NCBI GenBank assembly: GCA_012295275.1
Contig: CM022667.1
Coordinates: 7,068,001 to 7,132,000 of the forward strand
DNA length: 64,000 nucleotides
Reading direction: 5' to 3'
Source of the DNA: Chrysomallon squamiferum
Lineage: Eukaryota > Animalia > Mollusca
The notes below the pieces were generated by a model that was not told where the DNA came from, searched no databases, and saw only the letters and a program-made list of their open reading frames with translations. Made by a program: the position numbers and the translations under genes. Below, in pieces: positions 13,101 through 36,461 of the stretch (its first letter is position 1; each line of letters opens with the position of its first letter).

Positions 13101-14296
13101 AATTCATTTTAACAAAAAAAATTTAATAAATAAAAAATTACCAGCAGGTGAAACAGAATGTTGAGAATTTTAATTTCTGCTCTTTGTGTTAATATTGGTG
13201 ACAGATGGTGTACAACTTTGATCACAAGTTTACAAAGTTCATACACAGAAGCATAATTTAAACAACAGTATTTAAAACGTACTTAGTTATGTCAACATGA
13301 ATCAGATACTGAATGCATATAATTATAAGTTTTCTAAAAACAAAGTTTAAAATAAAAAGATATACAATGGCCAACATTTTTCTTCTGTCCAGACACTGTT
13401 TAGTAAATGATGTAAAATATATGTGACTGTAATTACATCACAGTGCCAACCTAATGAGATTCTTATTTATTATCACACTTTTTTATTATCAAAACTTTAG
13501 ATAGGCATGTTTTCAGTGCAGTTATCCTTTGTAAATGAGTAATTATTTTTACACATGTAAATGTGTTTTTTCTCTCTCAGTGGTGAAACAGCTTTCAAAG
13601 CAATGCAGATGTCATTTGGTTGGGCTCGCAACCCGATGATAAACCGAGTAACTGACATCCCGTCTACAACACCAATCACCTTCATCCATGGATCCCGATC
13701 CTGGATTGACAGAAATATTGGATACAGGGTGAAATATCTGAGAGATGGAAGTTACGTTGACGTCCAGGTGAGTTGACATACCTGTAATTTGTATCAGGTG
13801 AGTTGACATACCTGTAATTTGTATCAGGTGAGTTGACATACCTGTAATTTGTATCAGGTGAGTTGACATACCCGTAATTTGTATCAGGTGAGTTGACATA
13901 CCTGTAATTTGTATCAGGTGAGTTGAAGTACCTGTACTTTGTATGACAGAACACTGAGCACACATATTTGATGTAGTGAAAATGTTTTATTTGAAAATGT
14001 GAGTGTACAAATAAATAGAAAATTAATTAAAGATATTTCTTGTTTCATGTGTATTTATGTGTGTGTGAGAGACTAAATAAATAAATAATGTAAATAAATG
14101 TTATAATTTTCAGGTAATTCTGGGAGCAGGACATCACGTTTATGCTGACCGACCTCAACCGTTCAACACTCTGGTAAAGAAAATCTGTAACTCTGTTGAC
14201 CAGACAAATAAATCTTCCACCGACAATGACAACACCAACAACGATGTAGTCAGTGATGTCCTTCACAATACCAGTAATGTAAAACCTGAAGTTTGA
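7660..14296 (+). CDS. ABHD4: ABHD4/ABHD5-family alpha/beta hydrolase, (lyso-)NAPE lipase-like; exons 7660-7691, 9952-10040, 10554-11081, 12809-12920, 13581-13767, 14114-14296
   Basis: Motifs [35 protein letters not shown], nucleophile elbow [31 protein letters not shown] and GAGHHVYAD. All junctions are GT-AG and phase-consistent; stop TGA at 14294-14296. Exon 1 is the least certain. Confidence 0.9.
9952..10040 (+). CDS. ABHD4: ABHD4-like exon 2
   Basis: encodes [29 protein letters not shown]; acag|...T|gtatgt. Confidence 0.85.
10052..10113. repeat. (CT)n microsatellite
   Basis: Pure dinucleotide run. Confidence 0.95.
10554..11081 (+). CDS. ABHD4: ABHD4-like exon 3 (catalytic core)
   Basis: HGMGGG, GHSLG and DPWG motifs; cag|GT...TGGG|gtatgt. 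Confidence 0.93.
12809..12920 (+). CDS. ABHD4: ABHD4-like exon 4
   Basis: encodes [16 protein letters not shown]...[10 protein letters not shown]. Confidence 0.9.
13059..13329 (+). repeat. Dispersed direct copy of 7691-8011 (start of ABHD4 intron 1) inside ABHD4 intron 4
   Basis: Shared blocks such as AAATCAGTTTGTTTCGTTTTGATTAGAA, GAAACAGAATGTTGAGAATTTTAATTT, ACTTTGATCACAAGTTTACAAAGTTCAT and GTTATGTCAACATGAATCAGATACTG. Confidence 0.9.
13581..13767 (+). CDS. ABHD4: ABHD4-like exon 5
   Basis: encodes [20 protein letters not shown]...HGSRSWID...VDVQ; donor CAG|gtgagt. Confidence 0.9.
13765..13940. repeat. Minisatellite, 30-bp unit (CAGGTGAGTTGACATACCTGTAATTTGTAT), ~6 copies, containing the exon-5 splice donor
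   Basis: Visible tandem array beginning at the exon end. Confidence 0.92.
14114..14296 (+). CDS. ABHD4: ABHD4-like terminal exon
   Basis: encodes [18 protein letters not shown]...KPEV*. Confidence 0.9.
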   Translation, partial: VILGAGHHVYADRPQPFNTLVKKICNSVDQTNKSSTDNDNTNNDVVSDVLHNTSNVKPEV

Positions 14297-15780
14297 TAAA
14301 CCTTGAATTTAGTAACTTTCTCATCTTTATTTATAATTGTTGTTTCTTTTTCTTTGTTGTTTTAATCTTTATTTATTTAAATGTTCAGACAATTAATGTT
14401 TCTGTTTTAAGTGTCAGTGTTAACTTAATTTATAATGAAAGTGTTATTACTTAACTCTTTTTTTTTCTTTCTTTAAATGAAAACATTGAATAGTAATAGT
14501 AATAAATCAAAACCTATTTCCATTACCAAGTGTAAGTATTAATCTAAAGGCAAACACTTAATAAAAACATAAACTGCAAGAAGAAATTCCAATCAATAAA
14601 ACCTGAAACTCTCTTGCTGAGGCACTGCGGAGTTATCTAACTTACTTTCAAAACTTGGCCTTTGAAGAATTTATATCTAGTTCCTGTAATTAGTTTTATT
14701 AAAACTGTATGAAGTCTAATTGTTTGTATGAGGGGATGTTACTGCAAAAATCCAAAACTGCTGATTACACAAGTAGTTGTGTGTATATTTTACACAGTGT
14801 TTACATTTCGAAATATTTTTATTTGTTAATTACTCCAGAATGTTTTTATTTTTTTAATTTTGTTTATAAAATTTGTTTACTAACATGTTTATTGATGTAG
14901 AAAATTATGCAGAGTTTTAAGTTAAGTGCTTGTATTTGATGCATCATGTTTTATATTTACATCACAAATTATGTAAAAATGTTTGATACACTTTTCTTAA
15001 AAATATATTATTAATGGCCATCATAAATTCATTTTAAAACCAAAATTTGATCATTTTGACGTTGTAATAAATATTGATTGCAATCTGAATTAGATGACAG
15101 ATATTTTAACTGAATGTACATGTGAGTTTTATGTATAATAGTGAGATAATGTTGTGAGTCTGATTGCAGTGTGTTGCTTGTATAGGGAGGGCAGCTGTGT
15201 TATTTGCTACAGGGATGGGTATTTATTTATATTTTACTGTTTTGTTTTTTGCTTCATTAAGTAAACTGATTACCACAAAATTTTAACTGTTTATTTTTAC
15301 TTCGTCTACACCTGTATTGTTTTAATTGTTACAATTATATTAGTCACAGATATGGAGTTGATAAAAAAATATATTTTTTTATATTTCAAAATCACTTTTA
15401 AAACCATTAAAAATTGAAAAAACTAAATTTCACTTTTAAAATGAAAGGTCATATTAGATGTTTGTATGCGCTGTATCATTTGATAAAATTGTACATTTAT
15501 TGCCAACTGAAGAATTGCATTTATATGTATCATTTGACAGTGTGCCAGTTTGAACATTTTTATGTGTAAAATAATAAACAGTAAAATATATTTGTAATAA
15601 AAATTTTAATGTGATTTGATTTGAAAACGATTTATAAAAAAAAATAATGAAACATTCATTTTTATTATTATTATTTAAATGCACAATAACATAATTTGAT
15701 ATTTGCATACTTAAATACAGATTATATCAGATGGTGTTTTTAAATAGTTATTATTATTATCATTATTATTATTATTGTTA

Positions 15781-15829
<49 letters not shown>

Positions 15830-16269
15830 AACAACTACAGCTTCTACATCTCAAATTGTTTATGAATATTAAAAAATGCGTTTTGAAGTACGTGTGTGAG
15901 ATAAAAAAATAATTAAATGAACAATGGTTCTGTTTTACTTTGTTTCTGTTCACAGATGGATGCATTGCTCTATTACAGTTAACTTATTCAGATATCTCAG
16001 TGTGTGACTATTTTCTTAAACAAAATGACTTTTAACGTATGATGCGATCTTCATGTTTTGTACGAAAGTACTACTTTTCAGTTACTGTTGTAATTGTTCA
16101 GTTATGGAAGTCGATAAAAATTAAAAGTACAGTAATAACCTTAGGTGTTTTAATAAATTTTACTGTACAGTGTTTACAGAAATAAATACTGCATGATACA
16201 ACTTACTTTTGAAACAGCTAGCTCAGTAACTGAAAGTTTCAGTGAAACCTAACTTATTTTATTAATTTA

Positions 16270-16311
<42 letters not shown>

Positions 16312-17492
16312 AAATGTGTCACGCATGTGTAATGATTTTCTTATTGACAATTTCCACATCCGTAAATACATCCTTGGTTTAACCGGCCACATTTCTCTCT
16401 AAGAATGAAACCATTGATAAAAATGTCTAAACCGGATGTATATGGAGACGATGAAGATGTCCCGGATATTGTAACTCGCTGAAATATAGTACCTAGCGAA
16501 AATCCATTGTTTAGTCTCTGAGAAGTATTTTATATTACTTTATTATAACGATTCTTTCTTGTATAATTTTAAAGGATGGATGCTAATATATATATATAAG
16601 TCCCTATTATTATACAGAATTTTGTACTGAATTTGCTATTTAATATTATTTACACGACAGCAGTAAATGCCCACAGAAAATTGGCTATAATTATAACAGT
16701 TCAATGACACAATAATGTATCTACTGGATGTCCAAAAACGATAACACAACTCTGTTGCTTTATTTTATTTTTAATTTGCAAATTTTGTGGACAACGTGCC
16801 ATTACGTTAGAGACAAAATATTAAATATAACACAATGATATAAAATAAAATTTATAAGAAAAAAATGAAACTAAAACTATTAAAATATTAAATTTAAAGT
16901 TTTAGCAACGGTACGAATAACTGGGCTAATAAATTGTATTTATTTATTTCAGCACAAATATACAAACTAATTTTATAACATTGCAGTGCTTGCTTCTTAC
17001 GCAAGTCATTTACATAATAATCTCTGACGTGGCGGTCTGCACGCAGATGTCACGGTCTCGTAAGCTTTTATTAACCACGATTAAGATCATTATAAAGTAT
17101 TGTTCCAGCTTGACATATTTATTTTGTTACTTATCTACTTCTACAGCGAATAAAGGTTGTGCCTAGTATTAATAAAAACTAAATTCAACAAATGTGGCTG
17201 TAATTCTTACAAAGCGGTGGTGTTTAAATACACTGTATACATAGTGTACCACACTGTCTGTTTCTAGAGAAATTATTAAATATTAATATTAAATATTACT
17301 CGTCTTTCAAACACTTCAGTAGTTGTTTCCTCACTGTGTCAAATTGTTTTTTTATATGTATGTATAAATAAATAAATAAACCAAATAATTAGACTGTTAT
17401 TAACTGTTTCTGGTTAAAAACAGAAACATTATTGTTTCTCCGGATCCAGGAATAAAACTCTAATTAAAACGCTCCAATTTTTGAGGACATTA

Positions 17493-17607
17493 TGACGTCA
17501 GCACTTAAACGACTATAAAACAACACCACAGTATCTTACAAACCGAACCCCTTCCTGTCCTTCGACTAAAATAAATCCGGTCCGGATTTTAGCTCTAGTT
17601 TATAAAA
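17493..17607 (+). promoter_or_regulatory. Putative ITIH-like promoter: CRE plus TATA boxes
   Basis: TGACGTCA at 17493-17500; TATAAAA at 17514-17520 and 17601-17607, the latter ~50 nt upstream of ATG 17658. Confidence 0.5.
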
Positions 17608-17657
17608 GAACTGCTATTGCTGACAGTGACTGCTGATGTCGCGGTGAAGACAATACG

Positions 17658-26546
<8,889 letters not shown>

Positions 26547-26729
26547 AACTGTATAAACATTCTTATTATACAGTGATTGTTTTGATGTTACGTAACCTAG
26601 TTACGACTGTTTGCACTTACATGACTTTTTATGTTAAAATCTTAATAATCACATGACAAATGTTCTGATTTTATTTGTTACACTTGAGTTTTTTCATTAT
26701 TTATTTATTTAGTTATTTTATTATATTAA

Positions 26730-26777
<48 letters not shown>

Positions 26778-27440
26778 GTTCGTTATTTATTTTATTATTA
26801 TTTGTTTTTAATATTTGTTGATGGATTTGAATTTGATGTGTTGACAAAAGCAGATAATATTATTGTTTCATGGTGTTTACAAATGAAAATAAATATGTGG
26901 TTTTAAAAACTGTGTCGTTTAGCACAGTATTTTAATAAAATAACATGGAAATAAAAATAGCATCAGTTCTGTATGTGTGTTGATGTACGTACGTATGTGT
27001 GTATATGTATACGTATGTATGTGTGTGTGTATATATATATTGATGTACTTACGTATATATGTATGTGTGTCTGTGTGTGGATGAATGTGTGCGTGCGCAT
27101 GCGCTATCTGCTAAAGCTATAGTATATAAGTAAAGAACTTGTATAAAATACTTCAAACACGCCCCCTGTCTTTGTCACAGACGTGACTGCTCGCTCTGAT
27201 TAGCACGTTAATTATCAGTCACTCAGGTGTAACATAATTCGCTGACTGCAGGTAAACGGCTCTGTGTTGATCTAAGGGCAAAACCGTGTTGAAGTTCACA
27301 ATAAAGTTAATATTAAACAAAACAAAACCTAACTGAATGTGACGACTCTGAATTCTAATGCTTTGTAAATTATTTGGTGTTCTGGGTGAAATGTTAAATT
27401 TTGTTTGTTTCTTTATTTATTATTATTATTTTATTTTTTA

Positions 27441-27492
<52 letters not shown>

Positions 27493-28284
27493 TCTTTTTT
27501 TTTCTTTTTTTTTTTTTGTCGTCTACATATTAAAACATTAAAACATTCACTCACAAAATTACTAAACATAAGATGAAATTGTAAAAAAAAAAAAAAAAAA
27601 TACTAAAATATACAATTTTTAAAAATCAGATAATATAAAATTTTAAAAATAAATCAATAAAATTAAATTAAAAAAAAAAAAAAAAAAATAATAACTTAAA
27701 TTTATATGATAATATGTTAGGGATTACGTTTTAAAGAGCTGATAAAGAAAGTAAATTTAAATGTGTGTTTATTTCCGCTGTTTATTCTAAGGTGTGGTTA
27801 ACTGATATTTCATTCATGAATATTCAGTAGACACTCGTGGAATATGAACGTTCCATCATACTAAGCGATTTTCACATAATTTGGTGTTTGGATTATAAAC
27901 ATTATATTTACCTTAGGGTTTGAGAAAGTTTATTTTTATATGATGTGCTTAAAATTAATCAAGTAAATTATTGATTATACGAATATTAAACACAAAAAAT
28001 CAAAATTAAAAAATTAATTAATTTTCAAAACGTACAAAACTGGAAATTTGCATGTATCTGTATATGAACGCACGTGTATCCACACACATTTATTTCTAAG
28101 GTGTGAATGTATTTTCTCTTTCTTGTTTGTCTGCTTTGTTAATTTATGATAATTAAGAACGGAAAACAGATTTATTTTCAGCGTGCATCTCCCAGGAAGT
28201 TATGACGTATTAGTAATTTGTCGATTTATAGATTAGTTAGAAACAAATATTTATAACTGATTGTTGTATCCATCTATTAATAGT

Positions 28285-28319
<35 letters not shown>

Positions 28320-29096
28320 TTTTAACAGAATTTTTTAAAAGATGCAGGAGTTGATAACACGACGTGGGACGGATGTGGACGACGTTGTGTTTATTAATTT
28401 AACGACTATTGTCAAAATGTCTTTTACGTTCTGCTCACTTTCGCCAGCCACATCTTGGAACAATCGTCTCTATCGCTACCTGTATTGATTTATCAGCCGT
28501 CACGGGCTATCGAGCGTTTCTCGTTTCGTCACTGTTTAGATTGCTGCCATGGTGACGGCAAAAATTACTGGTATAGTCCGTTTCACATAATCTGTAACAG
28601 TAGCTGAAGTAAATAATTATATATTATCTTATAATAATCAAAATTGTGTGTGTGTGTGTGAGAGAGAGACAGAGAGAGCGCGCATACGCTCACACACACT
28701 TACGAGTGCACATGCATAATTCATACTACATATGTTCATGTTTTAAAATACTGCAGTAATAATAGCTCACTGACAGAGCTTGACCACCACGATGCAACGG
28801 GTGCAAAATCTCCGAAAGAAAATAATATGAAGTAGTAATATAATAGTGTGCCCACACCCCACCCCACCCCATAAAATATCGCTTTAAGTGTTTTCTTAAA
28901 ATATATCTGTTTGTGTGGGGGTGTTAGGGGTCCACAACTTGACCGGTGGAAATGTCTCCGAGAGGAATACTTCCATGAGTTACGAGATGTCGTATTTGCT
29001 TTGCCCCGGGCGCTGGCAATCCACGTGTAAATGATAAACTACAGCTACAACATCACCAAAGTATTGTTGGTGACTAAGCAGTAATTGAGAATACCA

Positions 29097-30285
29097 AGAA
29101 ATCCACCTGTCCACTGTTCACACTGACAAACTTATCTGCTCAGAAATCCACCTGTCCAATGTTCACACTGACAAACTTATCTGCTCAGAAATCCACCTGT
29201 CCAATGTTCACACTGACAAACTTATCTGTTCAGAAATCTACCTGTCCAATGTGCACACTGACAAACTTATCTGTTCAGAAATCTACCTGTCCAATGTTCA
29301 CACTGACAAACTTATCTGTTCAGAAATCCACCTGTCCACTGTTCACACTGACAAACTTATCTGTTCAGAAATCCACCTGTCCAAAGTTCACACAAACACT
29401 GACAAACTTATCTGTTCAGAAATCCACCTGTCCAAAGTTCACACAAACACTGACAAACTTATCTGTTCAGAAATCCACCTGTCCAATGTTCACACTAACA
29501 TCTGTTCAGACAAAATGTTCACTTATCTGTTCAGAAATCCACCTGTCCAAAGTTCACACTAAAACATCTGTTCAGACAAACTTATCTGTTCAGAAATCCA
29601 CCTGTCCAAAGTTCACACAAACACTGACAAACTTATCTGTTCAGAAATCCACCTGTCCAAAGTTCACACAAACACTGACAAACTTATCTGTTTAGAAATC
29701 CACCTGTCCAAAGTTCACACAAACAGTGACAAACTTATCTGTTCAGAAATCCACCTGTCCAAAGTTCACACAAACAGTGACAAACTTATCTGTTCAGAAA
29801 TCAACCTGTCCAAAGTTCACACAAACACTGACAAACTTATCTGCTTAGAAATCCACCTGTCCAATGTTCACACTAACAGTGACAAACTTATCTGATTAGA
29901 AATCCACCTGTCCAAAGTTCACACAAACAGTGACAAACTTATCTGCTTAGAAATCCACCTGTCCAAAGTTCACACAAACAGTGACAAACTTATCTGCTTA
30001 GAAATCCACCTGTCCAATGTTCACACTGACAGTGACAAACTTATCTGCTTAGAAATCCACCTGTCCAATGTTCACACTAACAGTGACAAACTTATCTACT
30101 CAGAAATCCACCTGTCCAATGTTCACACTAACAGTGACAAACTTATCTACTCAGAAATCCCTCGTCCAATGTTCACACTAACAATGACAAACTTATCTAC
30201 TCAGAAATCCACCTGTCCAATGTTCACACTAACAGTGACAAACTTATCTGCTCAGAAATCCACCTGTCCAATGTGCACACTAATA
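29097..30285. repeat. Intergenic minisatellite, 42/48-bp units (ACTGACAAACTTATCTGTTCAGAAATCCACCTGTCCAA[T/A]GTTCAC[ACAAAC]), ~25 copies
   Basis: Long tandem array; source of spurious ORFs 29159 and 29251. Confidence 0.93.
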
Positions 30286-30690
30286 ATGACCCAACAGCCC
30301 AGTTTCGTACTTTAACATTCCTTAACTTTGAAATTGTTCATTCATATGAAACTGAACAACTGAAGTGTTTCTATAAAGAATTTGTTTTGAAACTCACTTA
30401 GTTTTCATCAGTAAGAGAATATTTCTCGAACTACACGCTTCTGTTTTCTTTATTTATTGTCAACATTACTGATATTTTACAAAACTCTGTAATTATGCAG
30501 TGACGTCTTTTTGTATTTTGATAATCTATCCGGGTCTGTCTTCACAAAAAGCCGGGGATTCAATTACCAGTATAAAAAGTGCCGTTTTTTTTTTCCCCCT
30601 TTTCTTTTCTTTTTTTTTTTTTTTTTTTTTTGTTTAACTAAATAGGTCTTTCAAATATTTTATTATTTATTTATTTATTTATTTATTTTA

Positions 30691-30724
<34 letters not shown>

Positions 30725-31114
30725 GTTGTTATTATTATTATTATTAAAGGGGGAGGCTTGGAGGTAAGAGTTTCTGAAGAAACAAAACAGTCATTATCGT
30801 TACAATGAGAACTCACTCTTGCGTCTCCACCTTTTCTGTATCTCAATTAACATCTCGTTTCTCTTGACGAATTGTGACGGTTAATACGAAACGGACTATA
30901 ACTAACGAACCGATCGCCGTGGAGTAAACCGCGGTCTCGTTATCGATACTGTCACAAGTCGGCTGACAGCTAGCGTCGCGTTAAAGTGTTTCTCAGATGT
31001 GTGCGCGCGCGGACAGAGAAACGTGAAAAAAATACATGTAACAGCTGTAATTATGACATTTAGTACCTGACGACACACATCTACTTTTTTAACAAGGATT
31101 TAACAGAAATCACA

Positions 31115-31193
31115 ATGTCAGGAGAATCGTAAGTATTGTTGTTTTTATATAAAACGTAGCAAGATCTTTATAATAATAATAATCATAATAATA

Positions 31194-31242
<49 letters not shown>

Positions 31243-31499
31243 TTCCCTGTAACTTACGATAATTAACACGTAGACACATTTTCAAACAACCTACGTAAAA
31301 ACTATTCACAAAAACAAATTTAAATGCTCATTATATGAATATTATGTTTATGTTTATGATTAAAATTTAGAAATAAGCTTGATAAAAGATTATTATAAAT
31401 AATTTTTTGAAAATTATACATTATTGATATTCATTTTTAATTTTTTTCATCAAATTTTATAATGATTATTGATTTAATTGTATTTATTTTTCATTTGTA

Positions 31500-31548
<49 letters not shown>

Positions 31549-34500
31549 ATATATATATATATAGACATGATACTATGTAGGTACATAGGTATGGCTGCAG
31601 TCATACATACATACATGCATATATATATATATAAAAGAAAAAGATAAAGTTTATTTGTGAAATAAATATGAGATTACTTCAGTATGTCATATATCTAACA
31701 ACTGAAATAACTATAATATGACTTCAGCATGTCAGATATTTAACAACTGAAATAAATATGAGATTACTTCAGTATGTCAGATATCTAACAACTGAAATAA
31801 GTATAATATTACTTCAGTATGTCAGATATCTAACAACTGAAATAAATATAATATTACTTCAGCATGTCAGATATTTAACAACTGAAATAAGTATAATATG
31901 ACTTCAGCATGTCAGATATTTAACAACTGAAATAAGTATAATATGACTTCAGCATGTCAGATATTTAACAACTGAAATAAGTATAATATGACTTCAGTAT
32001 GTCAGATATCTAACAACTGAAATAAGTGGAATATTACTTCAGTATGTCAGATATCTAACAACTGTGATATTACACAGTAACTAGAATTATTACACAGGTT
32101 AATGTAGTTTACAGAGTTTATGAATTATACTGACAAATGTTAACAGCTCAATAATTTAAACATATCAGTATTTGTAGTTTGTAGCTGTAATTGTAATTGT
32201 TGTAGTAATTGTATTTGTAGTTGTAATTGTAGTTGTAGTTGTTGTAGTTGTGTAATTGTAATTATAGTTGTAACTGTAGTTGTACTTGTATTTGTTCTTG
32301 TAGTTGTATTTGTGTTTGTAGTTGTTATAATTGTAGTTGTAATTATTGTTCTAGTTGTGTTTGTAGTTGTAGTGTAATTGTTGTTGTAGTTGTAGTTGTA
32401 GTGTAATTGTTGTTGTAGCTGTGTTTGTAGTTGTAGTGTAATTGTTGTTGTAGTTGTAGTTGTAGTGTAATTGTTGTTGTAGCTGTGTTTGTAGTTGTAG
32501 TGTAATTGTTGTTTTATTTGGCTGAGTGTTTGTTTAGACTGATGTCTGACTTATCAGTTCTAAGTTGTGTCTGTATTATTTAAAAATTTGATGAATATGT
32601 ATTCTTCTAACACACACAGACACTCATACACAGACATATACACATACTAATATACACACACACATACTAACATACACACACACATACACATACTAATATA
32701 CATACACATACTAACATACACATACACATACATACACATACTAATATACATGCACACATACAAAGTAACACACACATCCACATACTAACATACACACACA
32801 CATTCACATACTAATATACACACACACATACACACACTAACATACACACACACATTCACATACTAATATACACACACACATACACACACTAACATACACA
32901 CACACATACACATACTAATATACATACACACATACAAACTAACACACACATGCACAGATGCACATACATACACACATAGATATTAATATAGAGAAACATG
33001 TCAGATTAAAGTTTAATGAAACAAAACCAAAATAAAAGATGTAAAATAGTCAGTGATATTATATTGAAACACAAACATCTCCAGATATTCCAAATTAAAG
33101 AAAGTTTGGTGTGATCAACACACACACAAATTCCTAGAAAATGATAACACAAAAACACAGCATAAAATAGTTGTCATTGTAACTGACATTAAATTCTAAT
33201 TTAACAAAATGTATTAAATTGGATAATTAATTTAAATTTGTTTGTTCGTTAATTAAATTTAATTGTTTTTCAGGGTAAAAGTTGCTGTCAGGGTTCGTCC
33301 CTTTAACCAAAGGTTTGTACATTTTTCTATGTCTCAATTTTGAAAAGAGGAAAGCTTCATTCCACATTTGTTATACAAAATAAAATAAACAGCACTGACA
33401 GACAAACAGACAGACAGACTGACAGACTGACAGACATACAGACAGACTGACTGAAAGACATACAGACAGACTCACAGACAGACAGACAGACAGACTGACA
33501 GACAGACAGACTGACAGACTCACAGACAGGCAGGCAGACAGACAGACAGACAGACAGACTGACAGACATACTCTGTGTAAAGATAAATATTTTTAGTTTG
33601 TTTTGTCACAAAAATCATTTTATCCATCCAGGAAAAGTTTCCAAAATGACTTTATTTTTTCATACTATAAAGTAATCATTCAGTTTGTTATAATTAAGAA
33701 ACATAAAATATTAAAATATAATTTGTGTCTTGCAGGGAGATTGACAGAAAGGCAAAGGTGATCATCAAAATGCAAAATCAGATGACGTTGATATCCAACC
33801 CTGACGCACCCAGTATGTTATTTATTTTATTTACTGTGTTATGTATTATATATATATATATATATTGTTACTGTATTATATATATGTTACGTATTATATA
33901 TATATATAGTTACTGTATTATTTATTTCATTTATTAAGGTTTGCTACATTATAATGTTTTAATACTTTTTCACTAAGAAGTTTATAACTGGTTATTTTTG
34001 TACATATTCACTGCATTTTTTTTTTATATCTTTCTTTCATATTTATTACATTTCTACATTTTTACACTCACTGCACTTTGCCCAATTTTATTTTTAAAAT
34101 ATCTGTTTACATATTCTTATGTTGTATTTATTAGTAGTATTACATTTGTTAACTTACCTTTATTTATTACATTTTATATATAATTATAATATTGACAATT
34201 TTATTTGTATTAACATTATATTACATTTATTTAATTAAACTATCACATTTATAAATGGGTTTTATAAATGTTGATATTCTAATTTCACACACAGACAAAA
34301 TAATGTGACAAAACACAACAAAGAGTAATTTTACTTTATTGTTGTCAAGTAGAAGAAACCTGAGTTTTCACCTGGTTTATTCAACACAGTACATATTTGT
34401 ACTTTGTTTCTTTTTAAAAGACTTTTTACAAGTTTTTGTGATATTTTTAATTAACTTGTATTACAACTTGTTTCTTGTCTGCGCAGTGACAAACAACACT

Positions 34501-34740
34501 GCAATACAGATTAGTGTGTTATTAATATCAGTGTCTTATTACATACTTAATTCAGTTTAGTTCAGTGTTCTGTAAAGTGTATTACATATGTTTGCTATAC
34601 AGCTGCTGTGATACACAGTGTATTACATATGCTTGTGTGATATACATGCATAACATTACTCAAATATATCCAAGTATTTAGACATATATCAAGAGCCAAA
34701 AAACAAGAGAAGTGGAAACATTATATAATACATTTATATG

Positions 34741-34789
<49 letters not shown>

Positions 34790-36422
34790 AAGAACTTATC
34801 ACTGTGTGTTATGTCTGTAGACAAGACGTTGTGTTGTAAACTCTGTCTCCATCATTGTAAACACACACAGTGCATTGTCACCATTGTTTTATTGTTGCCA
34901 GGCAACCATTGATTGTTAGTGTACACAGAGAATGACAGTGAGTTGTGTGAAAAGAGAAAATTGTTCACTGATCATTTGTTTAAATATTTATACACGTACA
35001 CTTTTATACACGTACATGTTTTATACACGTACACTTTTATACATGTACAGTTTTATACATATGCTTTTATACATACACTTTTTATACACATACACTTTTA
35101 TACATATGCTTTTATACATACACTTTTATACACATACACTTTTATACATATGCTTTTATACATACACTTTTATACATACACATTTTATATACAGACACTT
35201 TATATATATACATACACTTTTATACACATACACTTTTTATATATACACATTTTATACATACTTTTTATCACACAGTCTTTTGTAAAATATTTATACCATT
35301 CACTTTACTGACTCATGCATCCTTCCTTAAATCTGTCCATTCCTCCGTTCAGTCTGTTTATCTGTCCATCCATTCATCTGCCTGTGTCAACTTTATCTGT
35401 TATCTTTACCACCATGCTTCCACCATCTGTCCATCCATGCTTCTACCATCTGTCCATCCACTGACAGAATTATTGTTTAATCCACTTACATCTGTCAGGA
35501 TGAATTGCAAGACTGTGAGAGTCTTAATAACACTGGTCTAGTGTAACACAGCTATTTGTGTAGAACAGTCAGACAAGCAGGTTGTCTTCTTACACCTGTT
35601 TTATCTTCAAGTCCAGACCAGAAAGTGACCATTGTGTCCAGAGACCACAGATTTTATTAAATATTCTACTCAACTTGTATATTCTCAAGTGTGATGTTTG
35701 ATAAGACATACCTTTAATGAGTAGATATACAGGTAAATGAGTCAACAGGTAAACAGAAAGTAGGATTAGCAAACACCGAGTGTAGATATACAATTAGTGG
35801 TGGATAGATATATTAAAAATAAATACATTCAGTACACAGACAAACATATCTACAGTTAAATTAACACGAGGTAATTTATACTGAGAGTGATCTCACACAG
35901 TAACAATAAATAACATTAAAATAAGTTCACCACATCAGACACTGTTACATAGCCACACAGGTAGGCTTAATGAAGTACAAGTTCATTTGTGTTCATTAAT
36001 CCAGGTAAACTGATCACACAGATTAATGTACTAATGAGGTCAGTTATATAATTCTGTATAATGCTGACAGTGTGGGAATAGTCACTTAGTTTTCTGGGGT
36101 CGTCCAACTTGCACGCACAGACACACACACACACACACACATACACACACACAAAGACACACAAACATGCACACACACACACACACACAGTGACAGCCAC
36201 ATACATAGAGTGACAGACAGAAACGCTCACAAGACACAGACAAACGTACTCACACAGTGATAGCCATGCCATATACACAGAACATATGTACATACAGTGA
36301 CACACAGACAAACACACACACAGACATCACAGACACAAAACACACACACATACAATGACAAACACACAGAAACATACAAAAATATATACTCATTAACACA
36401 ACTCTCTCTCAATAGATAGACA

Positions 36423-36461
<39 letters not shown>

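Noticed and set aside
53-14296. FA2H-ABHD4 adjacency as a functional lipid gene cluster
   Set aside because: The pathways differ and ABHD4 has its own promoter-like region; adjacency alone is not evidence without synteny data.
28780-29040. GC-richer patch (CCCACACCCCACCCCACCCC...TTGCCCCGGGCGCTGG) resembling a MITE/SINE remnant; similar patches near 8220, 9120 and 16380
   Set aside because: No terminal inverted repeats, target-site duplication or second copy can be shown in the window; needs a genome-wide repeat search.
29097-30285. Possible CRISPR-like array or repeat protein (ORFs 29159, 29251)
   Set aside because: Units are contiguous with no unique spacers and the context is eukaryotic. 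The ORFs arise from unit lengths divisible by 3 and are broken by stops further along.
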